64,000 nucleotides of DNA. It comes from an uncultured Pseudomonadales bacterium. Lineage in GTDB: Bacteria > Patescibacteriota > Microgenomatia > UBA1400 > PJMF01. Made by a program: the position numbers and the translations under genes. Positions 26,122-35,618 of the stretch are shown here, piece after piece. The DNA lies in assembly GCA_964447075.1 (NCBI GenBank), contig CAYUQY010000001.1, positions 41,202-105,201 on the forward strand, in the 5' to 3' direction. The stretch's first letter is position 1. Every line of letters begins with the position of its first letter. Under the pieces are notes generated by a model. The model saw only the letters and a program-made list of their open reading frames with translations. It was not told the origin of the DNA and did no database searches.

Positions 26122-27213
26122 TTAAAACTGCTCCAAAAATCTAGCTTCACCAGAATACATGAGGCGAATATCATCTATGTTAAGGCCTTTTTTGAGTGTG
26201 TAGGTGCGCTCAATTCCCCAGCCAAAAGCAAAGCCTGTATATACTTCTGGATCGATGCCACCGGCTTTTAGTACATTGGGATGGACCATGCCTGCTCCAC
26301 CCACTTCATGCCAGCCTGATTTGCAGAACTTGCATTTTCCACTCTTGGTATTGCCGGTACCTGAGCAGATGTGGCAGCTAAAGTCGACTTCAAATGAGGG
26401 TTCGGTGAACTGAAAGTGAAAGGGGCGAATGCGACTCTTGGTGCCTGGTCCATAGAACTGGCTGGCGAAGTAATCCAGAGTACCTTTGAGGTGTTGGATG
26501 TTGATGCCTTTGTCTACGACCAAGCCTTCGAACTGATGGAACATTTGAGTGTGTGTGGCGTCTTGCTGACGGCGATAGCAGCGAGCGATGTTGATCATTC
26601 TGATAGGTGGTGTGCTGTTGAGTCTCTCCATCTCACGGACTTGCCCATTGGAGGTGTGTGGAGTGAGGACTAGCCTGCCTCCACCTATAAGATCTGGGTG
26701 GCGCTTTCTGGGATTGGCAGCATCGTACGGCGTTGGTTGGGATTTATCTTCTTGTTCGATGAAAAAAGTTTCCCAGTCGTCACGCGCTGGATGATTTGGA
26801 GGCATATTAAGTGATTCGAATGGATACCAGTCCCAGTCCACTTCCGGATAGCGCACGCGAGTGAATCCTATGGTTTCAAAAATATGAGTGATCTCTTCCA
26901 TGGCTTGAGAGACTGGGTGCATGTGACCAACCTTAGATTTGGCTCCAGGCATGGTGAGATCAATTTGTTGATTGGCTTTTTTAGTCGTATTTTCGGAGTT
27001 GGTGATACTTATTTGAAGAGAGATTTTGAGCTCATTGAGAATGCGACCAGCTTCCTTTTTGTCATCGTTGCTAAATGACAAGAGTTGATCTGCAAGTTGG
27101 TTAAAAAGACCCTTTTTACCTAAGTATTTTTGACGAAGATCACTAGCAGATTGTTCTTGACTTAACTCTGATTTAATCATTTGTGAAGATTGAACTAGAT
27201 CTGATTTTGTCAT
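26122..27213 (-). CDS. pheS: Phenylalanyl-tRNA synthetase alpha subunit
   Basis: Class II aaRS core (FRPSYFPFTEPSFEVD..., GWHEVGGAGMVHPNVL). 363 aa. Confidence 0.85.
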   Translation of the reverse strand: MTKSDLVQSSQMIKSELSQEQSASDLRQKYLGKKGLFNQLADQLLSFSNDDKKEAGRILNELKISLQISITNSENTTKKANQQIDLTMPGAKSKVGHMHPVSQAMEEITHIFETIGFTRVRYPEVDWDWYPFESLNMPPNHPARDDWETFFIEQEDKSQPTPYDAANPRKRHPDLIGGGRLVLTPHTSNGQVREMERLNSTPPIRMINIARCYRRQQDATHTQMFHQFEGLVVDKGINIQHLKGTLDYFASQFYGPGTKSRIRPFHFQFTEPSFEVDFSCHICSGTGNTKSGKCKFCKSGWHEVGGAGMVHPNVLKAGGIDPEVYTGFAFGWGIERTYTLKKGLNIDDIRLMYSGEARFLEQF

Positions 27214-27300
27214 ATTTGACCTTTATTGAGGTATTGCTACGGGCACATTATAATTTTTTGATTTTGTGTCTCAAGTATTTATGGCTCATTCTACTCCCTA

Positions 27301-27330
27301 AAACCAAAAACCCCACCTGCTTGGTGGGGT
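27301..27330 (-). terminator. Rho-independent terminator downstream of rplT
   Basis: CCCCACC-TGCTT-GGTGGGG hairpin. On the minus strand it is followed by TTTTTGGTTTT. Located 25 nt after the rplT stop. Confidence 0.5.
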
Positions 27331-27354
27331 TAAAGTTTCATTTTTGTTTGACTC

Positions 27355-27708
27355 TTACCCACCAGCTTGCTTAGCAATCTTGGTAAAGGTGGTAAAGTCG
27401 TGGACGGCAATGTCAGCTAGAACTTTACGATCTAGCAAGATATTGGCTTTATGAAGTCCTTGGATGAATCTGGAGTACTTGAGGGTATCGCCCATTTGAG
27501 TCAAAGCTGCATTGAGTCGAATGATCCAGAGCTTGCGCATGTCTCTCTTGCGCAGCTTGCGTCCAATGTAAGCATATTGGCCTGCGTGAAGATCAGCTTC
27601 TTTAGCGCGCTTGTAGAGGCGATTATTGGCACCTCTGAAGCCTTTGGTTCTTTCAAGAACTTTTTTGTGTCGACGATGTCTGACGATTCCAGTTTTTGTG
27701 CGTGGCAT
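27355..27708 (-). CDS. rplT: 50S ribosomal protein L20
   Basis: MPRTKTGIVRHRRHKKVLERTKGFRG...YAYIGRKLRKRDMRKLWIIRLNAA is canonical L20. Confidence 0.9.
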   Translation of the reverse strand: MPRTKTGIVRHRRHKKVLERTKGFRGANNRLYKRAKEADLHAGQYAYIGRKLRKRDMRKLWIIRLNAALTQMGDTLKYSRFIQGLHKANILLDRKVLADIAVHDFTTFTKIAKQAGG

Positions 27709-27738
27709 AAGTCTCTTTCGAACTAAAGGTTGAGCTAA

Positions 27739-27948
27739 CTACTGTAGTCCCAACATTTGTTTAATCTTCTTGGCAAACTTGCCGGTGACTTCGATAGGAT
27801 TGCGATAGGCTCTAATGGCGCGCTTGCTTTTGTGTCTGCGTAAGTGACGCATGTTCTGGGCACGGCGAAGGACTTTACCTGTGCCTGTGATCTTGAAGCG
27901 CTTAGCTACACCTTTGCGAGTTTTTTGTTTGTACTTGTATTTAGTCAT
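27739..27948 (-). CDS. rpmI: 50S ribosomal protein L35
   Basis: MTKYKYKQKTRKGVAKRFKITGTGKVLRR. 69 aa. Confidence 0.85.
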   Translation of the reverse strand: MTKYKYKQKTRKGVAKRFKITGTGKVLRRAQNMRHLRRHKSKRAIRAYRNPIEVTGKFAKKIKQMLGLQ

Positions 27949-28564
27949 GTTTAGTTACTTTAGTGTTACTTGGTAGTTCTGTAGGCTTGGCTATTGGCTC
28001 TGGTTTTTCAATTTTTTTACTTTTTTTGATGGGCATGATTTGGGCAATCATTTTTTTACCGATCATCTTGGGCGACATCTCGATGCTAGCTATATCCTGT
28101 GTGCCATCGAACACTTGTTCAAAGATACCTCTGCCAAACTCTTGCTTGGTGATAGTTCTACCTTTGTACTCTAGCGAGAGTCGAACTTTATCACCTTTTT
28201 TCAAAAATTCAATAACTTTTCTGAGTCTAACTTGGAAATCTGCCTCACCTATGAAGGGAGTGAAACGAATTTCTTTGATTTCTTGCTTTTTATTCTTTTT
28301 CCGGCCTTCAGCTGCTTTTTGCTGCATCTGGTAACGATGCTTGGACAGCGTGATGATCTTGGCTATGGGTGGGTCGGAATGTTCAGTCACCAACACCAGA
28401 TCTTTATCTTCATCATGGGCTTTGTTGAGCGCTTCGCGAGTGCTCATGACTCCAACCATCTCACCCATCTCAGAAAGCACACGTACAGTCTCAGCGCGGA
28501 TCATGTGATTGGCAGTAACTTTTACGAAGTCTGTTTGCCGCTTAAATGGTCGTTTTCTAATCAT
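27941..28564 (-). CDS. infC: Translation initiation factor IF-3 with short C-terminal extension
   Basis: IRFTPFIGEADFQVRLRKVIEFLKKGDKVRLSLEYKGR matches the IF-3 C-domain. The 3' end overlaps the rpmI start by 8 nt. Confidence 0.85.
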   Translation of the reverse strand: MIRKRPFKRQTDFVKVTANHMIRAETVRVLSEMGEMVGVMSTREALNKAHDEDKDLVLVTEHSDPPIAKIITLSKHRYQMQQKAAEGRKKNKKQEIKEIRFTPFIGEADFQVRLRKVIEFLKKGDKVRLSLEYKGRTITKQEFGRGIFEQVFDGTQDIASIEMSPKMIGKKMIAQIMPIKKSKKIEKPEPIAKPTELPSNTKVTKHD

Positions 28565-28682
28565 GTTGACGTAACTTGTGCTCCACGAGACATGGAGAGG
28601 TGGGTATTATCACATGGGAAGGGTCTTAAGGCAAGCGGGCTGATTGAGTTTGGTATGTTTGAGCTGGAGAGAATCATGGTAA

Positions 28683-30449
28683 TCACCAAATCCTCTTCTC
28701 CACCACTTCTTTTTTAACCTTCTCAATCCATTCGGTGATCGCCCAGAGTCCGTCGTCTTTTCGACCTCTACGCCTGACAGACATGGTTTCATCGGCTTCT
28801 TCGCGCTTTCCGACGACGACAATGTAAGGGATCTTTTGGGCTTCGGCTTTGCGGATGCGGTTCTGCATGCTTTCGGCTTCATTCCAGTTCTCGACTCTCA
28901 GACCAGCAGCCTTGAGTTTGCCTAAAATACTGTGGGCGTACTTATCTTGATCCTGGCTAATGGGCACGATAGCCACTTGGAGTGGTGAGAGCCAGAGTGG
29001 GAAGGCTCCGCCGTAGTGTTCGATGAGGAAGCCCATGATGCGCTCGATAGCGCCAATTGAGGAGCGGTGGATGACGATGGGCTCTTTTTCTGTTCCGTCT
29101 TGGTCGACGTACTTCAGACCGAAACGCTTGGGCATGACGAAGTCATACTGGACGGTGAAGGCAGTGTCTTCTTTACCAGAAATATTTTTCATCTGGACAT
29201 CGATCTTGGGACCATAGAAAGCAGCTTCATCAGCGGCTTCAAAAAAGTTGGCTTTACGAGACTGGAGAGCTTTTCTGAGAACCTCTTCTGCCCCATCCCA
29301 AGCTTTGTCGTCTTTGAAGTATTTTTTAGCATCGCTTCTGTTGCCTAGTGAAAGTCTAAATCGATAGTTTTCACCTGTCTTGAGTCCAAATACGGCCGCT
29401 GCGTCTTCGATGAGGTCTAAGACGTTGTGGATTTCTTTGGCTGCCATCTCTTTGGTGGCGATGATGTGTGCGTCGGCCAGGCAAAAAGAGCGTACTCTCA
29501 TCAGACCCGTGAGCTCACCAGACTTTTCGTAGCGATAGAGCTGGGCTAGCTCGGCTATGCGCATGGGCAGCTCTTTGTAGCTATGTGGTGAGGACTTATA
29601 GAGCTCGAAGTGGTGAGGGCAGGTCATGGGTCGCAGCATGAACTCTTCCTCATCGATCTTGATGGGAGCGTACATGGTGTCTTTGTAGTAGGGGTAGTGT
29701 CCTGAGGTGCGGTAGAGATCGACTTTGGCTAGGTCGGGCGTGTAGACGTGTAAGTAGCCCCTCTTGACCTCTTCAGCTACGATGTACTGCTCGATTTCTC
29801 GGCGGATGATAGAGCCCTTGGGAGTCCAAAGAGGTAGTCCTTTGCCCACTAGATCAGAGAAGACAAAAAGACCTAGTTCTGCCCCTAGCTTGCGATGATC
29901 TCGATTCTTGGCGTCTTCCAAGGCTAGGAGGTGGGCATCTAGTTCTTCTTGTGTGAAAAAGGCAGTTCCGTAGATACGAGTTAGCATTTTATTCTTTTCG
30001 CTACCTCGCCAATATGCTCCAGCTATCGACTGAAGTTTGAAGTGTTTTAGTTCTTTGGAGGGATTTTCTACATGTCCCATTTTGCAGAGATCTAAGAAAT
30101 TTCCTGGGTCGTTGGTGGTTAGTTTTTTGCCTTCAGTGGCAAACTCTTCAGCTAACTCAAGCTTGTAGGGATTATGGGCAAACAGTTTTTTTGCCTCATC
30201 GAGTGTGACTTGCTGAAAAGTAAAATGCTTCCAACTTGGCAAAATTTTCTTCATCTCTGCTTCGATTTTGGCAAGATCTTCATCTGCAATCCTTACATCT
30301 CCCAGATCAAAATCTTGGTAGAAGCCATTCTCTATCGATGGTCCGATGGCGTTGTGTGAGCCCGGCCAAAGTGTCAGTACTGCCTTAGCTAAGAGATGGG
30401 CGCAGGAGTGGCGTAAAGCAGCTAATTCATCGAGTAATTGTTGAGACAT
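28683..30449 (-). CDS. thrS: Threonyl-tRNA synthetase (no N-terminal TGS domain)
   Basis: RHSCAHLLAKAV editing-domain motif. Class II core with RDHRKLG. Classical thrS-infC-rpmI-rplT order. Confidence 0.9.
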   Translation of the reverse strand: MSQQLLDELAALRHSCAHLLAKAVLTLWPGSHNAIGPSIENGFYQDFDLGDVRIADEDLAKIEAEMKKILPSWKHFTFQQVTLDEAKKLFAHNPYKLELAEEFATEGKKLTTNDPGNFLDLCKMGHVENPSKELKHFKLQSIAGAYWRGSEKNKMLTRIYGTAFFTQEELDAHLLALEDAKNRDHRKLGAELGLFVFSDLVGKGLPLWTPKGSIIRREIEQYIVAEEVKRGYLHVYTPDLAKVDLYRTSGHYPYYKDTMYAPIKIDEEEFMLRPMTCPHHFELYKSSPHSYKELPMRIAELAQLYRYEKSGELTGLMRVRSFCLADAHIIATKEMAAKEIHNVLDLIEDAAAVFGLKTGENYRFRLSLGNRSDAKKYFKDDKAWDGAEEVLRKALQSRKANFFEAADEAAFYGPKIDVQMKNISGKEDTAFTVQYDFVMPKRFGLKYVDQDGTEKEPIVIHRSSIGAIERIMGFLIEHYGGAFPLWLSPLQVAIVPISQDQDKYAHSILGKLKAAGLRVENWNEAESMQNRIRKAEAQKIPYIVVVGKREEADETMSVRRRGRKDDGLWAITEWIEKVKKEVVEKRIW

Positions 30450-30533
30450 AATTGATCGTCATCTTACGTCCAGGGTGGCCAAACCGCAAGTGGTGAGATA
30501 CAATACTGCTTCGGGATTTTAACTTATATATAT

Positions 30534-30607
30534 GGACTCTTAGCTCAGTTGGTTAGAGCGTTGCATTGACATTGCAAAGGTCACTGGTTCGAGTCCAGTA
30601 GGGTCCA
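30534..30607 (+). tRNA. tRNA-Val (anticodon GAC)
   Basis: Manual cloverleaf: acceptor GGACTCT/AGGGTCC, D-arm GCTC-AGTTGGTTA-GAGC, anticodon stem TTGCA/TGCAA with loop TTGACAT, T-arm ACTGG-TTCGAGT-CCAGT, discriminator A. CCA not encoded. Confidence 0.85.
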
Positions 30608-30608
30608 C

Positions 30609-31205
30609 ATGTTTGACAGCTTTTTATCTGTACTATTTCAGTTATTTCCAGTTCCTAGTTCTCCTCTAGATTTGTTTTTCACAGGCTTAGTGTTTTTCAT
30701 TTTACTTATGTTTTTGTACTTATTTGTTTTTAAGTCGCTGGAGCTTGCTCCAAGCCATGACGAAGCGATCAAAAAGCTGCCTAAGTGGATGAGAGTGCTA
30801 GAGCTGCCAGTAGTGGCTGCGTTTGTGATGAGTATGATCTTAGTTTTGACTTATGCTGCTGTTCTTTTTTTCATTTATGTTTTGGATACCCTTGGGTACA
30901 GTGTATTTATTATCTTTTCAGTTTCAAATTTTATATCTGCTTTACATGACGTACTTGTAATTATTTTATCTGACTTGATTACTACTAGCAAATATAGAGG
31001 AGCACTGAATTTTTATATGTATGCTCTGATGCCTATTACATTTCCTCTGATTGTGAGCACCATAATCAACTCTTTTACTCTGAAAAAATTAGGCCGAGTC
31101 ATGACTTGGCGCGAGACTGCTCGGATTTTTGTGATGGGGGCTGTAGTGATGTTGTTGATGGGTTTAGTTTTTTCAAACTGGGTTGCAAGTACGGATTGGA
31201 ATTAA
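30609..31205 (+). CDS. Hypothetical polytopic membrane protein
   Basis: Five to six hydrophobic segments. Starts 2 nt after tRNA-Val. Confidence 0.35.
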   Translation: MFDSFLSVLFQLFPVPSSPLDLFFTGLVFFILLMFLYLFVFKSLELAPSHDEAIKKLPKWMRVLELPVVAAFVMSMILVLTYAAVLFFIYVLDTLGYSVFIIFSVSNFISALHDVLVIILSDLITTSKYRGALNFYMYALMPITFPLIVSTIINSFTLKKLGRVMTWRETARIFVMGAVVMLLMGLVFSNWVASTDWN

Positions 31206-31220
31206 GCATCTAGTTGCCAT

Positions 31221-31502
31221 ATGCCCATCACTCCTTACCACTTTGGACCGAGTGCTTTGGTCTCGCTACCTCTTCAAAAATATCTGAACGCACCTATCTT
31301 TATTTTGGCCAATGTGATGATCGACATCGAGCCGTTGATAGTCATGGTGTTTAACTTGCCATATCCCCTACACGGTTTTACACACACTTTGCTCCAAAAC
31401 CCACTTTACCATCTAGTGTCAACATCAGATCTTTATTTCTACTGCCTTTTAAGCTTTATCCCAATGGTTCTCATATATCTCAGAAAAGCCAAAAGTAATT
31501 AA
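31221..31502 (+). CDS. Hypothetical small protein; weak resemblance to the N-terminal part of YdjM-type membrane-bound metal-dependent hydrolases
   Basis: HFGPSALVSLP...PLHGFTHTLL His-containing motifs. Weak. Confidence 0.25.
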   Translation: MPITPYHFGPSALVSLPLQKYLNAPIFILANVMIDIEPLIVMVFNLPYPLHGFTHTLLQNPLYHLVSTSDLYFYCLLSFIPMVLIYLRKAKSN

Positions 31503-31565
31503 ATCAGCATCTTCTCTTAGGCTAGAAAGAAAAAAGAGTCTCTGGTCTGCTACAATTAAATCACT

Positions 31566-32870
31566 ATGGAAAATCAATCTAATTTTTCTGAGTCTGGTAC
31601 TTACCCAACTGATGTATCAGCCTCAAGCGCTAATCCTGTGTCTAATCATCCAGTTCCAAGTTATCCTCAGCCACAAGTAGCTCAAGTTAGCTCAAAATCA
31701 AACTTAAATATTTTAGTGATTTGCTTAGTTTTTCTTGGTATAGCCTTAGTCGGTTTTGGCGGTTATTACTTTGGCACCTTGAGCACACTCAAACCTTCTG
31801 TAGCTGATCAAGGACGGTCTGCTAACTTGACAGGAGCACAGCCTTCTGCTCAGCTTGAGTCATCCACATCATCTGATTTGACAGCAGATGGAACATCAGA
31901 TTGGCAAGTATTTACTGGTAATGGCTTCACTATGAAGCATCCAAGCAATTGGCTTTCAATTAAGAATCCTGGCAGCTTAGAGAATGATCTAAAAGGTGAG
32001 TGTCAGACTATCAGAATATCTTCGAGTGATGCTATTCAAAGAGAGTTAAGTCTTGCTGAGTATGTGATGCAGGTGGCGAATCTTAACTCTACACAAGCCG
32101 CTCAAGCATTGATGGTTGCTAATGAAAAAGATACAAATCTATCTGTAAAGTTTGACAATATTTCTGCTAGAGACATAGCAATCTTGGGCGTAGAAAACAT
32201 GGGAGATGGAGCGTGGAATGTTGTTGTGATTAGGGGTCCGGAAGGCAAAGGTTATTATAAAATTGAGGTGTTAAATAGTGTTGATAAAAATGAAAAGCCA
32301 GTGAAGTGTTCTGGTGAAAAAGCTGAGGAGTATAAAAAAATCCTTCAGACTTTCAGATTTAATTCAGAAATTTTAATTTTAGAAGGAGGATCGACTGGGT
32401 CAAAACCATCCAACGAGATGGTCAGATATGGCAGCTCTGAAGCAGGAATTTACTTCACTCTTCCAAAAGGTTGGGTCCAGCTTGGTTCTGGAGATGGTGG
32501 TCTTAGTTTTTCATTAAAGCCAGCCAGTAATCTCAATCTTCGTGTAGATAGAGGCAAATTCATATTAGATCAACCGCTTTCCCCATTATCTAACGCTTTC
32601 TCTATAAAAATAGGACAGAATCCTGGAGGTAATAAAAATAATATTAAGTTGGAGGACTTGAATGTGGATGGATATCCTGCAGTACTTATATCAATGGATA
32701 GTTTAGATTCAGTGCAAGAGCCACCTGGATTTCAGTATGTGTATGCAGTTAAGCGAAATTCTGACCTCTATTCATTCACTTTCTGGCAACAAGGAACTGA
32801 CTCTAAAGCAAACTTGATTAAAAGTAAATTCCTATTTGATTCAATTCTTTCGACTGCAAAACTCGAGTGA
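31566..32870 (+). CDS. Hypothetical secreted/membrane-anchored protein (434 aa)
   Basis: Ser/Pro-rich N-terminus, then a single TM (LNILVICLVFLGIALVGFGGYYFG), then a large extracytoplasmic domain. No family recognised. Confidence 0.4.
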   Translation: MENQSNFSESGTYPTDVSASSANPVSNHPVPSYPQPQVAQVSSKSNLNILVICLVFLGIALVGFGGYYFGTLSTLKPSVADQGRSANLTGAQPSAQLESSTSSDLTADGTSDWQVFTGNGFTMKHPSNWLSIKNPGSLENDLKGECQTIRISSSDAIQRELSLAEYVMQVANLNSTQAAQALMVANEKDTNLSVKFDNISARDIAILGVENMGDGAWNVVVIRGPEGKGYYKIEVLNSVDKNEKPVKCSGEKAEEYKKILQTFRFNSEILILEGGSTGSKPSNEMVRYGSSEAGIYFTLPKGWVQLGSGDGGLSFSLKPASNLNLRVDRGKFILDQPLSPLSNAFSIKIGQNPGGNKNNIKLEDLNVDGYPAVLISMDSLDSVQEPPGFQYVYAVKRNSDLYSFTFWQQGTDSKANLIKSKFLFDSILSTAKLE

Positions 32871-32910
32871 TCAGGTAAAAACTTTAGTTATTGTTGGAGT
32901 CGATTGAAAT

Positions 32911-33660
32911 CTAGCCAATCTCCCCCACCAGCGCGCAGTGGTCGCTGAGGCCGTCGATTGCTCTGACATTTTTTATCACCACATTTGGTCTAGAAAACAT
33001 GCCGTCCACCACCAGTTGAAGTCCTGGCATGCGATGGAGATTCTGATCAAGAGTAGTTGTCACTTCTGGTGGAATATTGTCGCGAAATCTTTTCGAAAGC
33101 TGTCCAAAGATCTCACCACCTCGTGGCGCATTGAAGTCTGCACACAGGATATCTGGCTTGACTTCATCTAGAAGTTTGCTGAGACTGATGAAGTCTCGTC
33201 TTTGCAGGTCATTAATCCCACCTCCGGGAGCCCAGGTAAAGTGAGTGGTGGCTACTCTCAATTTTTTATGATTGTCTGATGATGTGGGAATATCTGCCCA
33301 GACTAAAGTTCTCCAGCCTGAGTTGGGCCCGTACATGACAGGATCAATATTTTCTTTGAGGTAAAAACGATCTGAAAAAATAGCAGTTTGGGTAAACGTA
33401 TCTTGACTGACAAGAGATCTTTTCACAAATAAAGCCACCCCATACCACCCAGGAGGATTGCCCACAAACTTGCCCGATTCTACGACTTTGATCATGGGTG
33501 AAAAGTGCCCTAGTGATTCTAGGAGTCCTTCGACTGTGGTCAGCTCTCTTTGGGGGAACTCCTGGCAGCATAAAACGTCAGGTTGCTCATGAGACAGCCA
33601 AGGTGCAATGAGAGTTTGAAAATGTTTGAGGCCTTCAAAGTTGAGCGAGACTATTTTCAT
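32911..33660 (-). CDS. Endonuclease/exonuclease/phosphatase (EEP) family protein
   Basis: N-terminus MKIVSLNFEG, internal catalytic-like Asp/His positions, C-terminal SDHCAL motif typical of the EEP fold. Confidence 0.7.
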   Translation of the reverse strand: MKIVSLNFEGLKHFQTLIAPWLSHEQPDVLCCQEFPQRELTTVEGLLESLGHFSPMIKVVESGKFVGNPPGWYGVALFVKRSLVSQDTFTQTAIFSDRFYLKENIDPVMYGPNSGWRTLVWADIPTSSDNHKKLRVATTHFTWAPGGGINDLQRRDFISLSKLLDEVKPDILCADFNAPRGGEIFGQLSKRFRDNIPPEVTTTLDQNLHRMPGLQLVVDGMFSRPNVVIKNVRAIDGLSDHCALVGEIG

Positions 33661-33701
33661 GATAGTGATGATACTGGATTCCCGCCTTCGTGGGAATGAA
33701 G

Positions 33702-34385
33702 TTATCCAGCACCCTGAGAACCGAAAACATTCTCATCGCGGAAGCTATTCCAAACGGCGGCAGTTTCCTCGTAGCCTTTGACGTTTTGGTCAAGAGATAA
33801 GAGTCCTTGCTTACGCTTTTTCTTCGACTTAATCTGAGTGGCCCAAGTCTGAGCAGCATGAATTTGTTGTCTCAGAAGCTGTATCCACTCTCTTAATTTT
33901 TGGAAAAAGGTTCTAGTACCTGTGCCTTCTTGTCCAGGATTGACTACTGCCTGAAAGGTAACGATATCGATCTCTTTGTTAAAAGCAGCTATCTCTTGTG
34001 CAAGAGCCTGGAGCTCATAGCGCGTTTTCTCTAGCTCTTCTCGCACTTGACGCTCGCGAGCGTTGAAGACGTCTCTAGCATCGACTGGATTGATCTGACG
34101 ATGCAGTTCAAGTCGTCTAGATTTGAGCTGCTCTGCCTTTCGAGCCTTTTCTAGTTGTTGCTGCTGATCAAAGATATCGGTAGGTTTTTGCTCAAATGGG
34201 TCATACTGACCACCGGACTGATTCATGAGCTTGGAGAGATTAGGGTCAAGGCCACTTGAGTTCTCAAGCTGGTCATTATGGGATGGCCCACCAGATCTGG
34301 CTTCAGCAAGTGCCCTAGCAAAAGGATTAACAGCTCCTGGTGTAGAAGAGCTAGGAAATGATGAAGTAGTGTGGTTTGCAGGCAT
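33702..34385 (-). CDS. Hypothetical coiled-coil protein
   Basis: Gln/Glu/Arg-rich heptad-like central region (QQQQLEKARKAEQLKSRRLELHRQ...). No enzymatic motif. Confidence 0.35.
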   Translation of the reverse strand: MPANHTTSSFPSSSTPGAVNPFARALAEARSGGPSHNDQLENSSGLDPNLSKLMNQSGGQYDPFEQKPTDIFDQQQQLEKARKAEQLKSRRLELHRQINPVDARDVFNARERQVREELEKTRYELQALAQEIAAFNKEIDIVTFQAVVNPGQEGTGTRTFFQKLREWIQLLRQQIHAAQTWATQIKSKKKRKQGLLSLDQNVKGYEETAAVWNSFRDENVFGSQGAG

Positions 34386-34581
34386 GTATTTTTACAGGAT
34401 TTACGCAGAGTTTGGCTTGGAGTTCAATAACTTTAATCAGGTAGGTGTCTCTCCATGAGGATTAATGCGTATCTGAGCCTATTATTATAGGCTCTTTTAG
34501 CCAATAAGTCAAGTTACTTCAAAGAGATACAAAAAATTCTACCCTGGCAAAACCCTGATCAGTCCGATTATACGATACTTT

Positions 34582-35499
34582 CTAGATGGCTAGGAGGTAG
34601 TTTAAGACCTTTTGCTTGAGCTGAGTAGAAAAGACGTAAGAGCGTATATTTTGATTTTGTTTTTGTTCTGGGCTCAATTTTTGTTCAAAATCTTGATCAA
34701 GTAGCTTGTCAACTTCATCATCGGTGACAGTTATTTTTTGATCTAAAGCAATCTGAGCCATCAAAAACTCAAGCTGAAGTGTGGTTAGGGCTAAGCCGGT
34801 GTACTCTCTCTGTAGCTCTTCAGCTGTCATGTTACGAGACTTGAGGTAGTTTTCTGCTGTGAGCTTAAGTTTTTCTAGCTGGCCTGAAAGTTTTTGGAGT
34901 TGATGAGTGACCTCCTGACGGATTAGGAGTTCTTGGATCTGAGGCTTGATGCTCTCGATCAGAGCCTGGAGCACGACTCTAGTTTTTATCTCATTGGGAT
35001 TTATGTCTAACTTAGGTGACGATGTATTTTTCTTCTCTAAGTCTGCTATCTCATGAGCTGCCTCTTTTAGAGCTTTCTTGGCCACATCTTGATACTTCCC
35101 AAGCTCGATGACCGGTCTGACGGCAAATGAGGCCTCAAACTCCCAATTTTCTCCAGCTTTCATCTTAAGAGGATTTATTTCTGGCTGTGTAAGTGGTAGA
35201 GACCCCGACTTTTTGAGTTCTTCCGCATAGACTGTGGGTAGCAAGACATCCAAAACTCGATTGTAGAGCTTTTCTGGATCGAGACTCTTTTCTGCTAAAG
35301 ATGGCGGAACTTTGCCGATCCTGAATCCATCCAACTTGACCAGCTTGGAGGCTTTAGAAAGCACTTGAGTGTATGTCTTTTGAACGATACTCCACTCCAG
35401 CTCAAAGGTAATAACTGTATTGGGAACGATGAGATTAGGTGCAGTTTTTTGCTCAGAGGTGTTTTTGGAAGGGCTTGAGTTCTTGGGGAGAGTAGTCAT
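34582..35499 (-). CDS. tig: Trigger factor, short form (N-terminal ribosome-binding plus C-terminal chaperone domain, apparently lacking the PPIase domain)
   Basis: The GFRIGKVP motif in the N-domain is the TF signature GFRxGxxP. 305 aa versus ~430 aa typical. Confidence 0.55.
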   Translation of the reverse strand: MTTLPKNSSPSKNTSEQKTAPNLIVPNTVITFELEWSIVQKTYTQVLSKASKLVKLDGFRIGKVPPSLAEKSLDPEKLYNRVLDVLLPTVYAEELKKSGSLPLTQPEINPLKMKAGENWEFEASFAVRPVIELGKYQDVAKKALKEAAHEIADLEKKNTSSPKLDINPNEIKTRVVLQALIESIKPQIQELLIRQEVTHQLQKLSGQLEKLKLTAENYLKSRNMTAEELQREYTGLALTTLQLEFLMAQIALDQKITVTDDEVDKLLDQDFEQKLSPEQKQNQNIRSYVFSTQLKQKVLNYLLAI

Positions 35500-35567
35500 A
35501 GAACTTGGAATTATACATTATCAGAATTGAATATAGCGCGGACTACCTGTCTAGAGGTGGAAACAAA

Positions 35568-35600
35568 ACCAAAAAACCCTCCCGTTGCCGGAAGGGTTTC
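35568..35600 (-). terminator. Rho-independent terminator downstream of the RRM-protein gene
   Basis: CCCTCCCG-TTGC-CGGAAGGG hairpin. On the minus strand it is followed by TTTTTTGGTTTTG. Starts ~20 nt after the gene stop. Confidence 0.45.
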
Positions 35601-35618
35601 TGTAAGTTTCAAAAAACT

